Assembly (NCBI GenBank): GCA_050014495.1
Contig: JBEKDF010000009.1
Location: forward strand, 14,229 to 78,228
Source: Candidatus Bathyarchaeia archaeon
GTDB taxonomy: Archaea; Thermoproteota; Bathyarchaeia; TCS64
DNA length: 64,000 nt
Direction: 5' to 3'
Position 1 is the first letter of the stretch, and each line of letters opens with the position of its first letter. Below are positions 1-7,709 of the stretch, piece after piece. The notes beneath the pieces were generated by a model that was not told the DNA's origin, ran no database searches, and saw only the letters and a list, made by a program, of their open reading frames with translations. The translations under genes were made by a program, and so were the position numbers.

Positions 1-101
1 GATGTCCTGAACTTCCTCATGAATTAAGCTTTGAGTAGCGAGGACCTCAAGGTCGATTAGGCCGCGCGCGCATGTTAAAAAAGAATTGATAGTTTTGATG
101 C

Positions 102-380
102 TTATTCCCAGGTGTGCGCTCTTACCAGGTTCAAAGTTTCCTTTTTGACTACGTTGCATGTAGTAGTTGAAGCTACTCCCTCAGTGAACCTGATCTCCAA
201 CGCAATTTCGCTAAGTTTTTCCTTTTCCTCAGCCTGGGCCACAACGTAGAAGTCGTATGGTCCGAAAAGGATGTCGGCATCGATCACACCTTTGATACTC
301 TTGAACTTGTCTAGAGTTTCCAGCGGGAATGACCGAGCCAAACTTCCGAGGATGACCGCTTTTTCCATATCAATACTCAC
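102..380 (-). CDS. stand-alone Lrp/AsnC-type ligand-binding (RAM-like) domain protein
   Basis: 92-aa ORF. The pattern KSIKGVIDADILFGPYDFYVVAQAEEKEKL resembles the C-terminal effector domain of AsnC/Lrp regulators. AT-rich promoter-like DNA lies upstream at 381-540. Confidence 0.45.
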   Translation of the reverse strand: MSIDMEKAVILGSLARSFPLETLDKFKSIKGVIDADILFGPYDFYVVAQAEEKEKLSEIALEIRFTEGVASTTTCNVVKKETLNLVRAHTWE

Positions 381-697
381 TTTATTAATTGTCCATATTT
401 TTTATATAAACCTATCCAAACATCAATTATGAAAGAAAAATATTGGTCATATGCACGTTATATTTGTCTTTCGTTGTTCATATCGCGCACGAGTGATTTC
501 TGGGTAGGATGGATTAAATGCGTCCTAGTTCAAGTATGATTTGATGGGGAATTCCGGCGCGAATCATGTGTAGGGTTTTATGAGTGCCTCTCAGGGCTCA
601 CACTGATCAGGTACTACCACACGCGGATCGGGAGATTCTCTCCGACGGTGAAAGGTGAGAGGATCCTCAGTGAAGTCTTGGCGGAGGAGGTTCAGCG

Positions 698-1036
698 TTG
701 ACGGTGAGGCGCGGCAAGTGGAAGGCTCGACGTGTGGTTATGGGGAGGAGCCTGAGGCCTGTGGAGTTGGGCTCCGTGAAGACCAGTCAAGAGGTTTTAC
801 GCGCTGCTGAGCTGGGCATCGACCTTGAGTATGTTTCAGATAAGAACCTGTTACGCGGCTACATCAGCCTGATTAGTCATGGCCAGATCATGCAGATCCC
901 TCCCGCTATTCGCGGAAAATTGGCGCGGGCGGATCTGATCACTTACCAGTGTCGTGGCAGAAACAGCGTCTTAACGCAGCGAGGCAAACAAATGCTCCGC
1001 GAGATCGAGGAGGAGAAGAAGAAGGAGGTACCGTGA
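698..1036 (+). CDS. hypothetical protein, possible winged-helix DNA-binding protein
   Basis: 112-aa ORF (alternative Met at 740). The C-terminal pattern ARADLITYQCRGRNSVLTQRGKQMLREI looks like a recognition helix plus wing. GC-rich like the element. Confidence 0.3.
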   Translation: MTVRRGKWKARRVVMGRSLRPVELGSVKTSQEVLRAAELGIDLEYVSDKNLLRGYISLISHGQIMQIPPAIRGKLARADLITYQCRGRNSVLTQRGKQMLREIEEEKKKEVP

Positions 1037-1039
1037 ACG

Positions 1040-1580
1040 AGGAAACAGTTTCATGGTACTGTTTTAGAACCTCCTCGTGAATGTGATCAGAGATAATCGG
1101 TTTTGAATCCTAAACCCTGAAACCTTAAACAGTTTCACGATATACAGTTCAGGGATGAATTGTAGTTTATACAATTGTACAACTGTATAACTGTACTCAT
1201 TCTATACAACTGGCGAATACAATACAGGGATGAACAGTTTTTGAACCCTGAAATTAACCCTGAACCAGTTTCATGTTTTCAGGGAAAAGACGCCTAAACC
1301 GTGTTTAAGAGCTCCCCTGAAACAGTATCAAACTGGCTGAATCTCCCAAAAATACAATCATCTCACCAAACGAACCTGAAAAACGGGGTATTCCAGTTTC
1401 TACAGGTTACAGGATACAATTTCGTGAAACCCCCAAATCGCCTATTCTGAAACCGTACTAATACCCTGCTCATTAGCGCCTGCTAATGAACATGCGATGA
1501 AAAGGCCCTCGGGCTACCTTGAATAAATGCTTAGTCTCCGGGGGCCCCGAACAAATCTCATGCCAACCAGAATGAGGTGT
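1040..1580. repeat. non-coding iteron-like repeat field (candidate replication origin or centromere-like site)
   Basis: TGAAAC/GTTTCA core in both orientations: exact copies near 1048, 1118, 1132, 1268, 1319, 1426 and 1449, plus near-copies at 1235 and 1395. CAGGGATGAA occurs twice (1150, 1225). ATACAA occurs five times. Palindrome TACAATTGTA at 1170-1179. Hairpin TCATTAGC-GCCT-GCTAATGA at 1470-1489. No ORF spans the region. Confidence 0.6.
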
Positions 1581-2233
1581 CAAGCAGATCCAGGAGCTTC
1601 CCAGGATCCCTCTAAGTCTTGAAGTGCCAGGTCAAGATGTCCAATTTCAGTTGGATAACTATCCCCGAGTTCCCTCTCCAATTCTTTAATTTTTTTAATA
1701 GCATCTTTACTCATACTTAGATCAGAAAATAATGATCTTAATTCGTTGATGTCTTTAGGATTTAATGATTGGTTAATAATATGTCTCTTCAAGGGAGCCA
1801 ATAGTCCATTTTCGTTAGTAGCGTATCTTGATGAAATACTCGTCCATTCTCTACCTGTTTCAATTTGTTTAAGAGCACAATACATAGACAATATTCCCAT
1901 CCATTTGATTAATGACTCTAACAATTTTTTAGAGTTTGATTCATTCATAGATTCTTTTTTTATCTCTTCATTTATTTTAGATGTTAATTCAAATTCTGCA
2001 TTAAATAACGATAAACTTGAAACTTTATATTTTTTACTATCAATGTCTTTTTCAACCTCATGCTTTTTAATTAACGCATCTAGTTCTTTTGATAGTGTCT
2101 CCTTGCTTCCAATTTCAATTTTTAATGCTCTATGCAGTTCGTTAAATCCAAGTGAAACATGATTTTTTAGAGTATGGAATATCAATTCTTGTCTTTCTTC
2201 ATCTCTTGGATCAGGCCCTCGTTTAATATACAT
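1580..2233 (-). CDS. hypothetical protein with N-terminal wHTH-like segment (AT-rich cargo gene)
   Basis: 217-aa ORF, Lys/Glu/Ser-rich and conspicuously AT-rich inside a GC-rich element. It is the only minus-strand gene in the 698-9081 block. The N-terminus ELIFHTLKNHVSLGFNELHRAL is wHTH-like. Confidence 0.5.
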   Translation of the reverse strand: MYIKRGPDPRDEERQELIFHTLKNHVSLGFNELHRALKIEIGSKETLSKELDALIKKHEVEKDIDSKKYKVSSLSLFNAEFELTSKINEEIKKESMNESNSKKLLESLIKWMGILSMYCALKQIETGREWTSISSRYATNENGLLAPLKRHIINQSLNPKDINELRSLFSDLSMSKDAIKKIKELERELGDSYPTEIGHLDLALQDLEGSWEAPGSA

Positions 2234-2248
2234 TGTACTACTGGTACA
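2234..2248. promoter_or_regulatory. palindrome TGTAC-N5-GTACA in a 57-bp divergent promoter region
   Basis: TGTACTACTGGTACA lies between the start of 1580-2233 (-) and the RHH gene (+). A TATA-like TTATAAAGG follows at about 2262. Confidence 0.3.
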
Positions 2249-2290
2249 TAATTCCGAACCGATTATAAAGGTTTACGCTAAACGACACCC

Positions 2291-2506
2291 ATGGACGAAC
2301 AAACAGAGTTAGAATCCATCGTTATGGCTACTCGAGTAACTCCCGGAGATTATGAGCTTCTCAAGAAGGTTTGTGTTGCTCGGGGTGAGAACTTCAGCAC
2401 TTTTTTAAGGAGATCTCTAAGAGGTGAGCTCGCCAGGCTTTCATATTATTCTCCCGAGGTCAAGAAGGCCCTCGGCGTCAAGATTGAAGAAATTGGAGGT
2501 GTCTAA
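2291..2506 (+). CDS. ribbon-helix-helix (CopG/Arc/MetJ-like) DNA-binding protein
   Basis: 71 aa. VMATRVTPGDYELLKKVCVARGENFSTFLRRSL fits the beta-strand/helix/helix RHH pattern. It is the first gene of the element operon. Confidence 0.5.
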   Translation: MDEQTELESIVMATRVTPGDYELLKKVCVARGENFSTFLRRSLRGELARLSYYSPEVKKALGVKIEEIGGV

Positions 2507-2508
2507 GA

Positions 2509-2652
2509 GTGAAAGCCGACTGCCCGAACTGTAGACTGAGGGCCGTCGAACCCTCGAAGAGTTGGAAGATGACCGGGAAAGGCGGGATCGTACTCTCGAC
2601 ACATCAATTCCGATGTCCAACATGCGGCTTCAAGTGGCGGTCCTACTCATGA
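2509..2652 (+). CDS. small zinc-ribbon protein (47 aa, not in ORF track)
   Basis: GTG start. Translation KADCPNCRLRAVEPSKSWKMTGKGGIVLSTHQFRCPTCGFKWRSYS carries CPxC...CPxC. Its stop overlaps the ATG at 2649 (ATGA). Confidence 0.4.
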   Translation: MKADCPNCRLRAVEPSKSWKMTGKGGIVLSTHQFRCPTCGFKWRSYS

Positions 2653-3500
2653 AGCAGGTCAGAAAAGGTGCAGTAATCAGGTCCGCCAACCTGGTCAACT
2701 CGTTCACCGACTCATACGCTGGTAAGAGCCCTTCTTCGACACAACAAGCCAGAATAGTGGCCTCCGGTTTCACTTATTATTATGGCCATGATCCATCAAA
2801 GTGGATTCAGGACGATATTTACGGTTACCTCAAGAGAAACGAGGGGCTGAGTCGAAGCACTCAGTATTGCTACTCGGTGATCCTTAGAGCCCTTCTCAGG
2901 TTCTGCCACAGAGAAGACCTAGCTAAACTGGTAAAACCGCCTAGAAGGATCAGCGCCGGCAAGAAATACCCCACCGATGATCAAGTGGACAAGCTTTTCA
3001 ATGTGGCCGAGACGCTCTTGGAGAAATGCGTAGTCCAGGGCCTCTCACACACGGGCGTGAGAGTCGGTGAGCTCGTCCATCTCGAGGTGGATGACTTTGA
3101 TTTCGAAAAACGTCAGATAAGTATCTGCGCGAAGAATGGATGGATCCCCAAGGAGTATAAGGAGAGGAACGTGCCCGTCGACACCAAGACCGCTTCAATG
3201 GTGAAGGAGCACATAGGCGATAGAACGACAGGCAAAATCTTCCCCTACTCAGAGACTTGGATACGTAGGCTCATCAACGATTTATCTGAGAGGGCTGGAT
3301 TAAGCGAGCTCCATATCACCCCACACTCGTTACGACATGGCTACGCTGTCCACGCATTGAAACACGGTATGGATCTCCGTAGCCTTCAGAAGATCCTCGG
3401 GCACGCCGATCTGGCCACGACAGCTACTTATCTCCAGCTGACTGACCGAGACGTCGCCGAAGCATACGACAAGGTCTTCGAGAAGGGAGCCGAGGCATGA
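2649..3500 (+). CDS. tyrosine recombinase/integrase, XerC/D-like
   Basis: Catalytic C-terminus GVRVGELVHL...HITPHSLRHGYAVHALKHGMDLRSLQKILGHADLATTATYLQL (R, HxxR, H, Y). The start is placed at the ATG with the ATGA overlap rather than the track start 2562, which would overlap the zinc-ribbon ORF. Confidence 0.85.
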   Translation: MKQVRKGAVIRSANLVNSFTDSYAGKSPSSTQQARIVASGFTYYYGHDPSKWIQDDIYGYLKRNEGLSRSTQYCYSVILRALLRFCHREDLAKLVKPPRRISAGKKYPTDDQVDKLFNVAETLLEKCVVQGLSHTGVRVGELVHLEVDDFDFEKRQISICAKNGWIPKEYKERNVPVDTKTASMVKEHIGDRTTGKIFPYSETWIRRLINDLSERAGLSELHITPHSLRHGYAVHALKHGMDLRSLQKILGHADLATTATYLQLTDRDVAEAYDKVFEKGAEA

Positions 3501-3664
3501 TCTGCCCGAACTGTGACAAGCGGGCTCAGAGATCAGCCTTCTACACAGGAAACAAGGATCCTGCAGGCGATGAGGTCTACAAATGCTCCCGGTGCGGCCA
3601 CAGCTTCACCGAGAACGACCAAATAGAATGTAGCCGAGTCAAAAAACCGGAGGCATCACAATGA
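3497..3664 (+). CDS. small zinc-ribbon protein (55 aa, not in ORF track)
   Basis: MICPNCDKRAQRSAFYTGNKDPAGDEVYKCSRCGHSFTENDQIECSRVKKPEASQ, with CPxC...CSxC. ATGA overlaps at both ends (3497 and 3661). Confidence 0.45.
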   Translation: MICPNCDKRAQRSAFYTGNKDPAGDEVYKCSRCGHSFTENDQIECSRVKKPEASQ

Positions 3665-4176
3665 GCGACGGCGGTAAGATAGTTACCAAGGCCGATGATG
3701 TCGTGAAGTGGATCCAGGAAGGTGAGACCTGGATTAAGCGAGGCCGAGAGATGTTCAGCGCTGGCTTCACGTCTAAGACCACTGAAGCGGCACCAAGAGC
3801 AGCCGCCTTCGACGAGACGCTTCTAAACGGCGTCGAATGGATGCCAGGCAAGTACGGCGAGTATGTCTTCTCGCAAGACTACAAGGATCTCTATATCGCG
3901 GTCCAGGACGCCGGCGGCAAGGTCGATATGGGCGACTTCACCGTTAGCATCGGCAAAAACGAGGACTACATCAACAAGAACCCGAAGAAACGAGCCGACC
4001 CAGCCCCAGCGCCCACGCAGGGCGGCGGCTACCAGGGCCAGATGAAGGACCCCGAGGGGGCTCCCACCCAGGCGCAGCTCAGCTTCCTCGGGAAGCTGGG
4101 AGTCGCCGGCTTCAGCGGCACCAAGAAGCAGGCCAGCGACCTCATCGAAGAAAAGCTGAGTGAGAAGAGAAAATGA
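3661..4176 (+). CDS. hypothetical protein
   Basis: 171-aa ORF with a Pro/Gly/Gln-rich linker followed by C-terminal AQLSFLGKLGV...TKKQASDLIEEKL. Translationally coupled on both sides. Confidence 0.5.
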   Translation: MSDGGKIVTKADDVVKWIQEGETWIKRGREMFSAGFTSKTTEAAPRAAAFDETLLNGVEWMPGKYGEYVFSQDYKDLYIAVQDAGGKVDMGDFTVSIGKNEDYINKNPKKRADPAPAPTQGGGYQGQMKDPEGAPTQAQLSFLGKLGVAGFSGTKKQASDLIEEKLSEKRK

Positions 4177-4721
4177 AAACCGTCCTCGTCACCAACAAGG
4201 AGTTCGAGACCATCCCAGGCTATACTACCGGGGTCGATGTCGCCACCTGGAAGGGCAAGATAGACACCATACTCTACCGACTCAAGGACAACCCTAAGGT
4301 CCAGGTGGTCCGCAAGGCCTGGCTCACCGAGGACGACTCCGAGATGCTCCTCCTCGAGCTCAAGGTCATCGTCGGCAGAAGCAACGTCCAGCGCCACCTC
4401 AGCTTCAAGCTTGAGCCCGTCATGATCCAGCGCGAGGTCCTCGACAAGCACCGGAACAGGCACCTAGTCACCGAGGATAAGACCAGCTGGAGGCTCTTCT
4501 ACGAGCTCCTCAGCCAGAAGCTCGCAGCAGCCCGCCTAGGCCTCACTGAGATCCAGTACGAATTCATGCCCTACATCAGCATGAGCCTACCCGGAGGCGG
4601 CCAGGGCACCCTTGCCGATATCCTTGACATCACCCTCGAGGCCGACAGGCTCAGCAGCCTAGGCCAGATCGAGGACAAGCGCGAACGCAGGGTAGTAGAC
4701 GCGGAGGTGATGATCAAATGA
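4173..4721 (+). CDS. hypothetical protein
   Basis: 182-aa ORF with ATGA overlaps at both ends and no recognisable motif. Confidence 0.5.
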   Translation: MKTVLVTNKEFETIPGYTTGVDVATWKGKIDTILYRLKDNPKVQVVRKAWLTEDDSEMLLLELKVIVGRSNVQRHLSFKLEPVMIQREVLDKHRNRHLVTEDKTSWRLFYELLSQKLAAARLGLTEIQYEFMPYISMSLPGGGQGTLADILDITLEADRLSSLGQIEDKRERRVVDAEVMIK

Positions 4722-4933
4722 AGATGATCACGCATCCCAAGCCTGATCTGGTGCTCGAGATGACCGCCGAGGAGGCCACGGCCTTCATTGACGATAGTAA
4801 GGGTCTCGTGGTTAGGCAGGCGGCGAAGAACGGCGCGGCCATAACATGGCTACTGACTCAGGGCCACTGGATCATGATAAACCCGCCGAGTAAAGAGGAG
4901 GAACAATCACGTCACGGACAAGAGGATCCTTAG
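4718..4933 (+). CDS. hypothetical protein
   Basis: 71-aa ORF with an ATGA overlap to the upstream gene. Confidence 0.4.
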   Translation: MKMITHPKPDLVLEMTAEEATAFIDDSKGLVVRQAAKNGAAITWLLTQGHWIMINPPSKEEEQSRHGQEDP

Positions 4934-5132
4934 AAGTCTTCAGCTCCGGCTACGCCAGGGCCCAGATCAAGATTACGGCAGACAGAGAGAAGTCCGTAGC
5001 CATCGTCCGCGAGATGATCCTCAGCCGACTAACCGTCAACTATAGTGTAAGTCCGATCAAGGAGAGTCAGCCGCCTGGGCCACGAGGCTTTCACTGCTTT
5101 ATCAATCTTGAGCTGCCGGAGGCCTCACGGCC

Positions 5133-7049
5133 ATGACTGGCGAAGAAAAAAACATTTCATTTCTTACTCCCACCCCCGGCGCATATAGTTTAGAGGAGGC
5201 CAAGCAGCGAGGCTTAGCCTGGAAGGAAGCCCAGAAGCGGGCCACGGAGCTCATGGACCTAGACTTCGTGAAGCGGGTTATCAGTGAGACCGTTAAGCAC
5301 GACGAGGAGGCGAAGCTGATCACCTTCTTCGCTATGGTCCTGAACTACACCTATGAGGACCAGCAAGGGATAATATTCAGCGCCCCTAGCTCCACGGGTA
5401 AAAGCTGGATAGCACTTGAGATAGCCAAATTCTTCCCAAAGGAGGACGTTGACAGCAAGGGCTACACCTCACGCCGAGCCTTCTTCCATATGAATCAGGA
5501 CCTACAGACTGCAGACGGAAAACCCCTCGAGAAAAGGGCCGACTACCTTAGGCAGAAAATGGAGGGTTGGGAGGGCTCAAACCCCAAGCCCCACGCCCCC
5601 GACACAAGCGACAAGACACCCGAGGCTGTCAGACTCAGGAAAGTCGCCTCAGACTGGAAGGAAAAGCGCAAAGAGGAGTACAGGAAACATCGAGACACCT
5701 ACGACGCCCTAGATAAGGTCTACATCGTCGACCTCGCCCAGAGGATCTTAATATGGAAGGACATGCCCGACGACGGGGTCCTTCAACCCCTACGCAGCCT
5801 CATGAGCCATGACGAGAAGGAGCTAATCGCGGATATTACGGATAAGTCACAGTCGGGCTCAAACCTCACGAAGAGGGTTAAGCTCCTAGGATACCCCACC
5901 GTGATCTTCTGTCAAGCAGGCTTCAGCCCCGACGATCAGGAGCGCACACGCAACTTTATTGTAAGCCCGGACATGGATCAGGAGAAGCTCAGCGACAGCC
6001 TAGGCCTCCAAGCCGAGACCCTCAGAAACAGGCCCGGTTTCCAGCAGAGACTCGATACACAGATAGAGCGAATGGCGCTTAAGGCGAGAATCGAGGCAAT
6101 CAAGGCCGAGAATATTCAGCAAATAATGATAGAGGAGTCTGACATAAACAACGCCCTCAAATGGTATAAACGGGGCAAAGATGGCAGACCCCGCGACCTC
6201 ACCCCCAGAGACCAGCGGGACTGGCCTCGCCTAATCGCCATGGCGAAGGGCCACGCCCTCTTCAACTTATTTCAGAGGAAACGGACCCCCGAAGGCTACG
6301 TTATCGCTACGACCGAGGACCTCGAGGTCGCGAAGACTATTCTCGGCAGGATCGTGGAAGCGAACCGCCTCGGGATGCCTCCATACGTCTATGATTGGTG
6401 GGCTGAGGACCTGAGTAAAACATTCGAGGCCCAGCCCTACGGATTAACCAAAAACGAGTTTAACGCCAGCTACTTCGGCAGATTCAAGACTAGACTCGGC
6501 GACAAGGCACGCAAGAACTTGATCAAGTCCCTCGAGGAGACGGGCCTGATTGAGGAGCGCACCGACCCCGACGACAAGAGGACCACCAAACTATATGCAA
6601 CGGGGGTAGGAGTAAGAAATGAAATAAATATTTCTCAGGAGAGCCCAAAACTCCAGGATTTTATTGGTAAGTCAGGTACACTCTTACAGGAAGATACGCC
6701 AGCGTCGCCCGGACTGAAGCCAGAGGAGAAGATAGAGAGGGCTCCGGAGCTCTCCGGGGGTCCCTCGCCTGAAAAGGATGGGCTAAAGGAACAGCCACCC
6801 GAGCCAGAGGGTCCCGAGGAAGTCGTCCCCGTCACCGTTGAGGCCGAGGACCCTAAGCCCCGCGTCACCCTTGAGGAGAGGTTTAGGCAGATTACGAAGA
6901 TCTTCGAGGAATCCCACAACCAGGCCAGCACCGACTACATCGCGTCGAGGCTCGGTGTCACCTCAGAGGAGATGGAGAAGCTACTGAGGGCTATGACGCC
7001 TCATGTCTTCACGGTCCCAGGCTCGGACCTATGGAGGTTCAGCCCGTGA
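5133..7049 (+). CDS. P-loop NTPase, putative replicative (SF3-like) helicase with C-terminal wHTH-like domain
   Basis: 638 aa. Walker A-like FSAPSSTGKSW and a candidate Walker B VYIVDLAQRILIWKDMPDDG. An acidic/Pro-rich linker (PEPEGPEEVVP) precedes a C-terminal helical domain. It is the largest gene of the element. Confidence 0.6.
   Translation: MTGEEKNISFLTPTPGAYSLEEAKQRGLAWKEAQKRATELMDLDFVKRVISETVKHDEEAKLITFFAMVLNYTYEDQQGIIFSAPSSTGKSWIALEIAKFFPKEDVDSKGYTSRRAFFHMNQDLQTADGKPLEKRADYLRQKMEGWEGSNPKPHAPDTSDKTPEAVRLRKVASDWKEKRKEEYRKHRDTYDALDKVYIVDLAQRILIWKDMPDDGVLQPLRSLMSHDEKELIADITDKSQSGSNLTKRVKLLGYPTVIFCQAGFSPDDQERTRNFIVSPDMDQEKLSDSLGLQAETLRNRPGFQQRLDTQIERMALKARIEAIKAENIQQIMIEESDINNALKWYKRGKDGRPRDLTPRDQRDWPRLIAMAKGHALFNLFQRKRTPEGYVIATTEDLEVAKTILGRIVEANRLGMPPYVYDWWAEDLSKTFEAQPYGLTKNEFNASYFGRFKTRLGDKARKNLIKSLEETGLIEERTDPDDKRTTKLYATGVGVRNEINISQESPKLQDFIGKSGTLLQEDTPASPGLKPEEKIERAPELSGGPSPEKDGLKEQPPEPEGPEEVVPVTVEAEDPKPRVTLEERFRQITKIFEESHNQASTDYIASRLGVTSEEMEKLLRAMTPHVFTVPGSDLWRFSP
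5154..5191. repeat. left arm of a 38-bp inverted repeat inside the NTPase gene
   Basis: ATTTCATTTCTTACTCCCACCCCCGGCGCATATAGTTT matches the reverse complement of 6588-6625 at 35/38 positions. Confidence 0.9.
6588..6625. repeat. right arm of a 38-bp inverted repeat inside the NTPase gene
   Basis: AAACTATATGCAACGGGGGTAGGAGTAAGAAATGAAAT. Its reverse complement differs from 5154-5191 at only 3 positions. Confidence 0.9.
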
Positions 7050-7228
7050 CTCAGGTTAATTGCTTCATGGTGGATTGTCGGCACCGATTCAGGGAAGTAT
7101 GCCAGAAGCCCGCGGTCGAGGTGGATAAGTCGGGGCGCTGCGTCAGCTTCGACCGCATACCGGGCTACCTCATGGGGCATGGGTACGACGCCAGATTCAA
7201 GAAGTCGGAGGGAGGAACCGCGCCGTGA
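7046..7228 (+). CDS. small Cys-rich protein, DUF1540-like
   Basis: VNCFMVDCRHRFREVCQKPAVEVDKSGRCVSF has C-x4-C-x7-C-x12-C spacing resembling DUF1540. GTG start with a GTGA overlap; the track alternative is ATG at 7031. Confidence 0.35.
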   Translation: MTQVNCFMVDCRHRFREVCQKPAVEVDKSGRCVSFDRIPGYLMGHGYDARFKKSEGGTAP

Positions 7229-7416
7229 CTGAAAGGCTGTTCAGGTTCTTGGTTGAGAGGTCCATATGGAAGCGTGGCCACGTCCTGGCCCTGAAAACTG
7301 AGTGGAGAAAGATCTATTGCTCAGATATCGAGTCGACCAAGCACTACGCTGAGGAACTGAGGACATACCACGGCTTCAGGATCCTAAGCGAGGTCATGGA
7401 GGCGTCCGAGAAATGA
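7225..7416 (+). CDS. hypothetical protein
   Basis: 63-aa ORF with a GTGA overlap upstream and an ATGA overlap downstream. Confidence 0.35.
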   Translation: MTERLFRFLVERSIWKRGHVLALKTEWRKIYCSDIESTKHYAEELRTYHGFRILSEVMEASEK

Positions 7417-7709
7417 GCACCATCCGCGTCGGAAAATGGGACGTCCCCGCCGACCTCTTCAACGATTACATCCGCTTTTCGATAATGGCGAATACCTACC
7501 TCGACCCCGAGGCCGAGATCCCGACTCACTCGGATTATGAGCGGGCGCTGAGGTGGAAACTATGCGTCCAAGAAGTGATGAGGGTCCACCGGGCGATATG
7601 CGCCGCGATCGGGGTGCCTTACTCAGAGAACACCGACGACGAGTTTTACATGGCTTTCCACCGAGAGGTCAATAAACAAACTAAGCTCAAGGGAGGCACT
7701 GCATATTGA
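7413..7709 (+). CDS. hypothetical protein
   Basis: 98-aa ORF, translationally coupled on both sides. Confidence 0.4.
   Translation: MSTIRVGKWDVPADLFNDYIRFSIMANTYLDPEAEIPTHSDYERALRWKLCVQEVMRVHRAICAAIGVPYSENTDDEFYMAFHREVNKQTKLKGGTAY

Noticed and set aside
600-665. Left att site of the element (GCGGATCGGGAGATTCTCTCCGACGGTGAAAGGT versus the tRNA 3' half).
   Set aside because: Only an 8-mer (GGAGATTC) plus scattered short matches are shared. That is compatible with chance, so the left boundary was left undefined.
1040-1580. Possible CRISPR array.
   Set aside because: The repeated cores are only 6-10 nt, occur in both orientations and are irregularly spaced (about 30-100 bp). There is no unit of constant repeat plus unique spacer, and no cas genes.
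2562-2648. Track N-terminal extensions or starts for several genes: 2562 (integrase), 16625-16738 (regulator), 46143 (hdrC), 50588 (gcvH-like), 37638 (hdrC), 42741 (fused hdrA), 34607 (malic enzyme), 55322 (nitroreductase).
   Set aside because: The extensions overlap upstream genes or AT-rich promoter DNA and add non-homologous residues. Downstream ATG codons at stop/start junctions give N-termini matching the family patterns.
4892-4933. Programmed -1 frameshift joining 4718-4933 to the open frame 4894-5136.
   Set aside because: There is no X XXY YYZ slippery heptamer or obvious downstream structure in the overlap. The case is reported only as an unexplained open frame.
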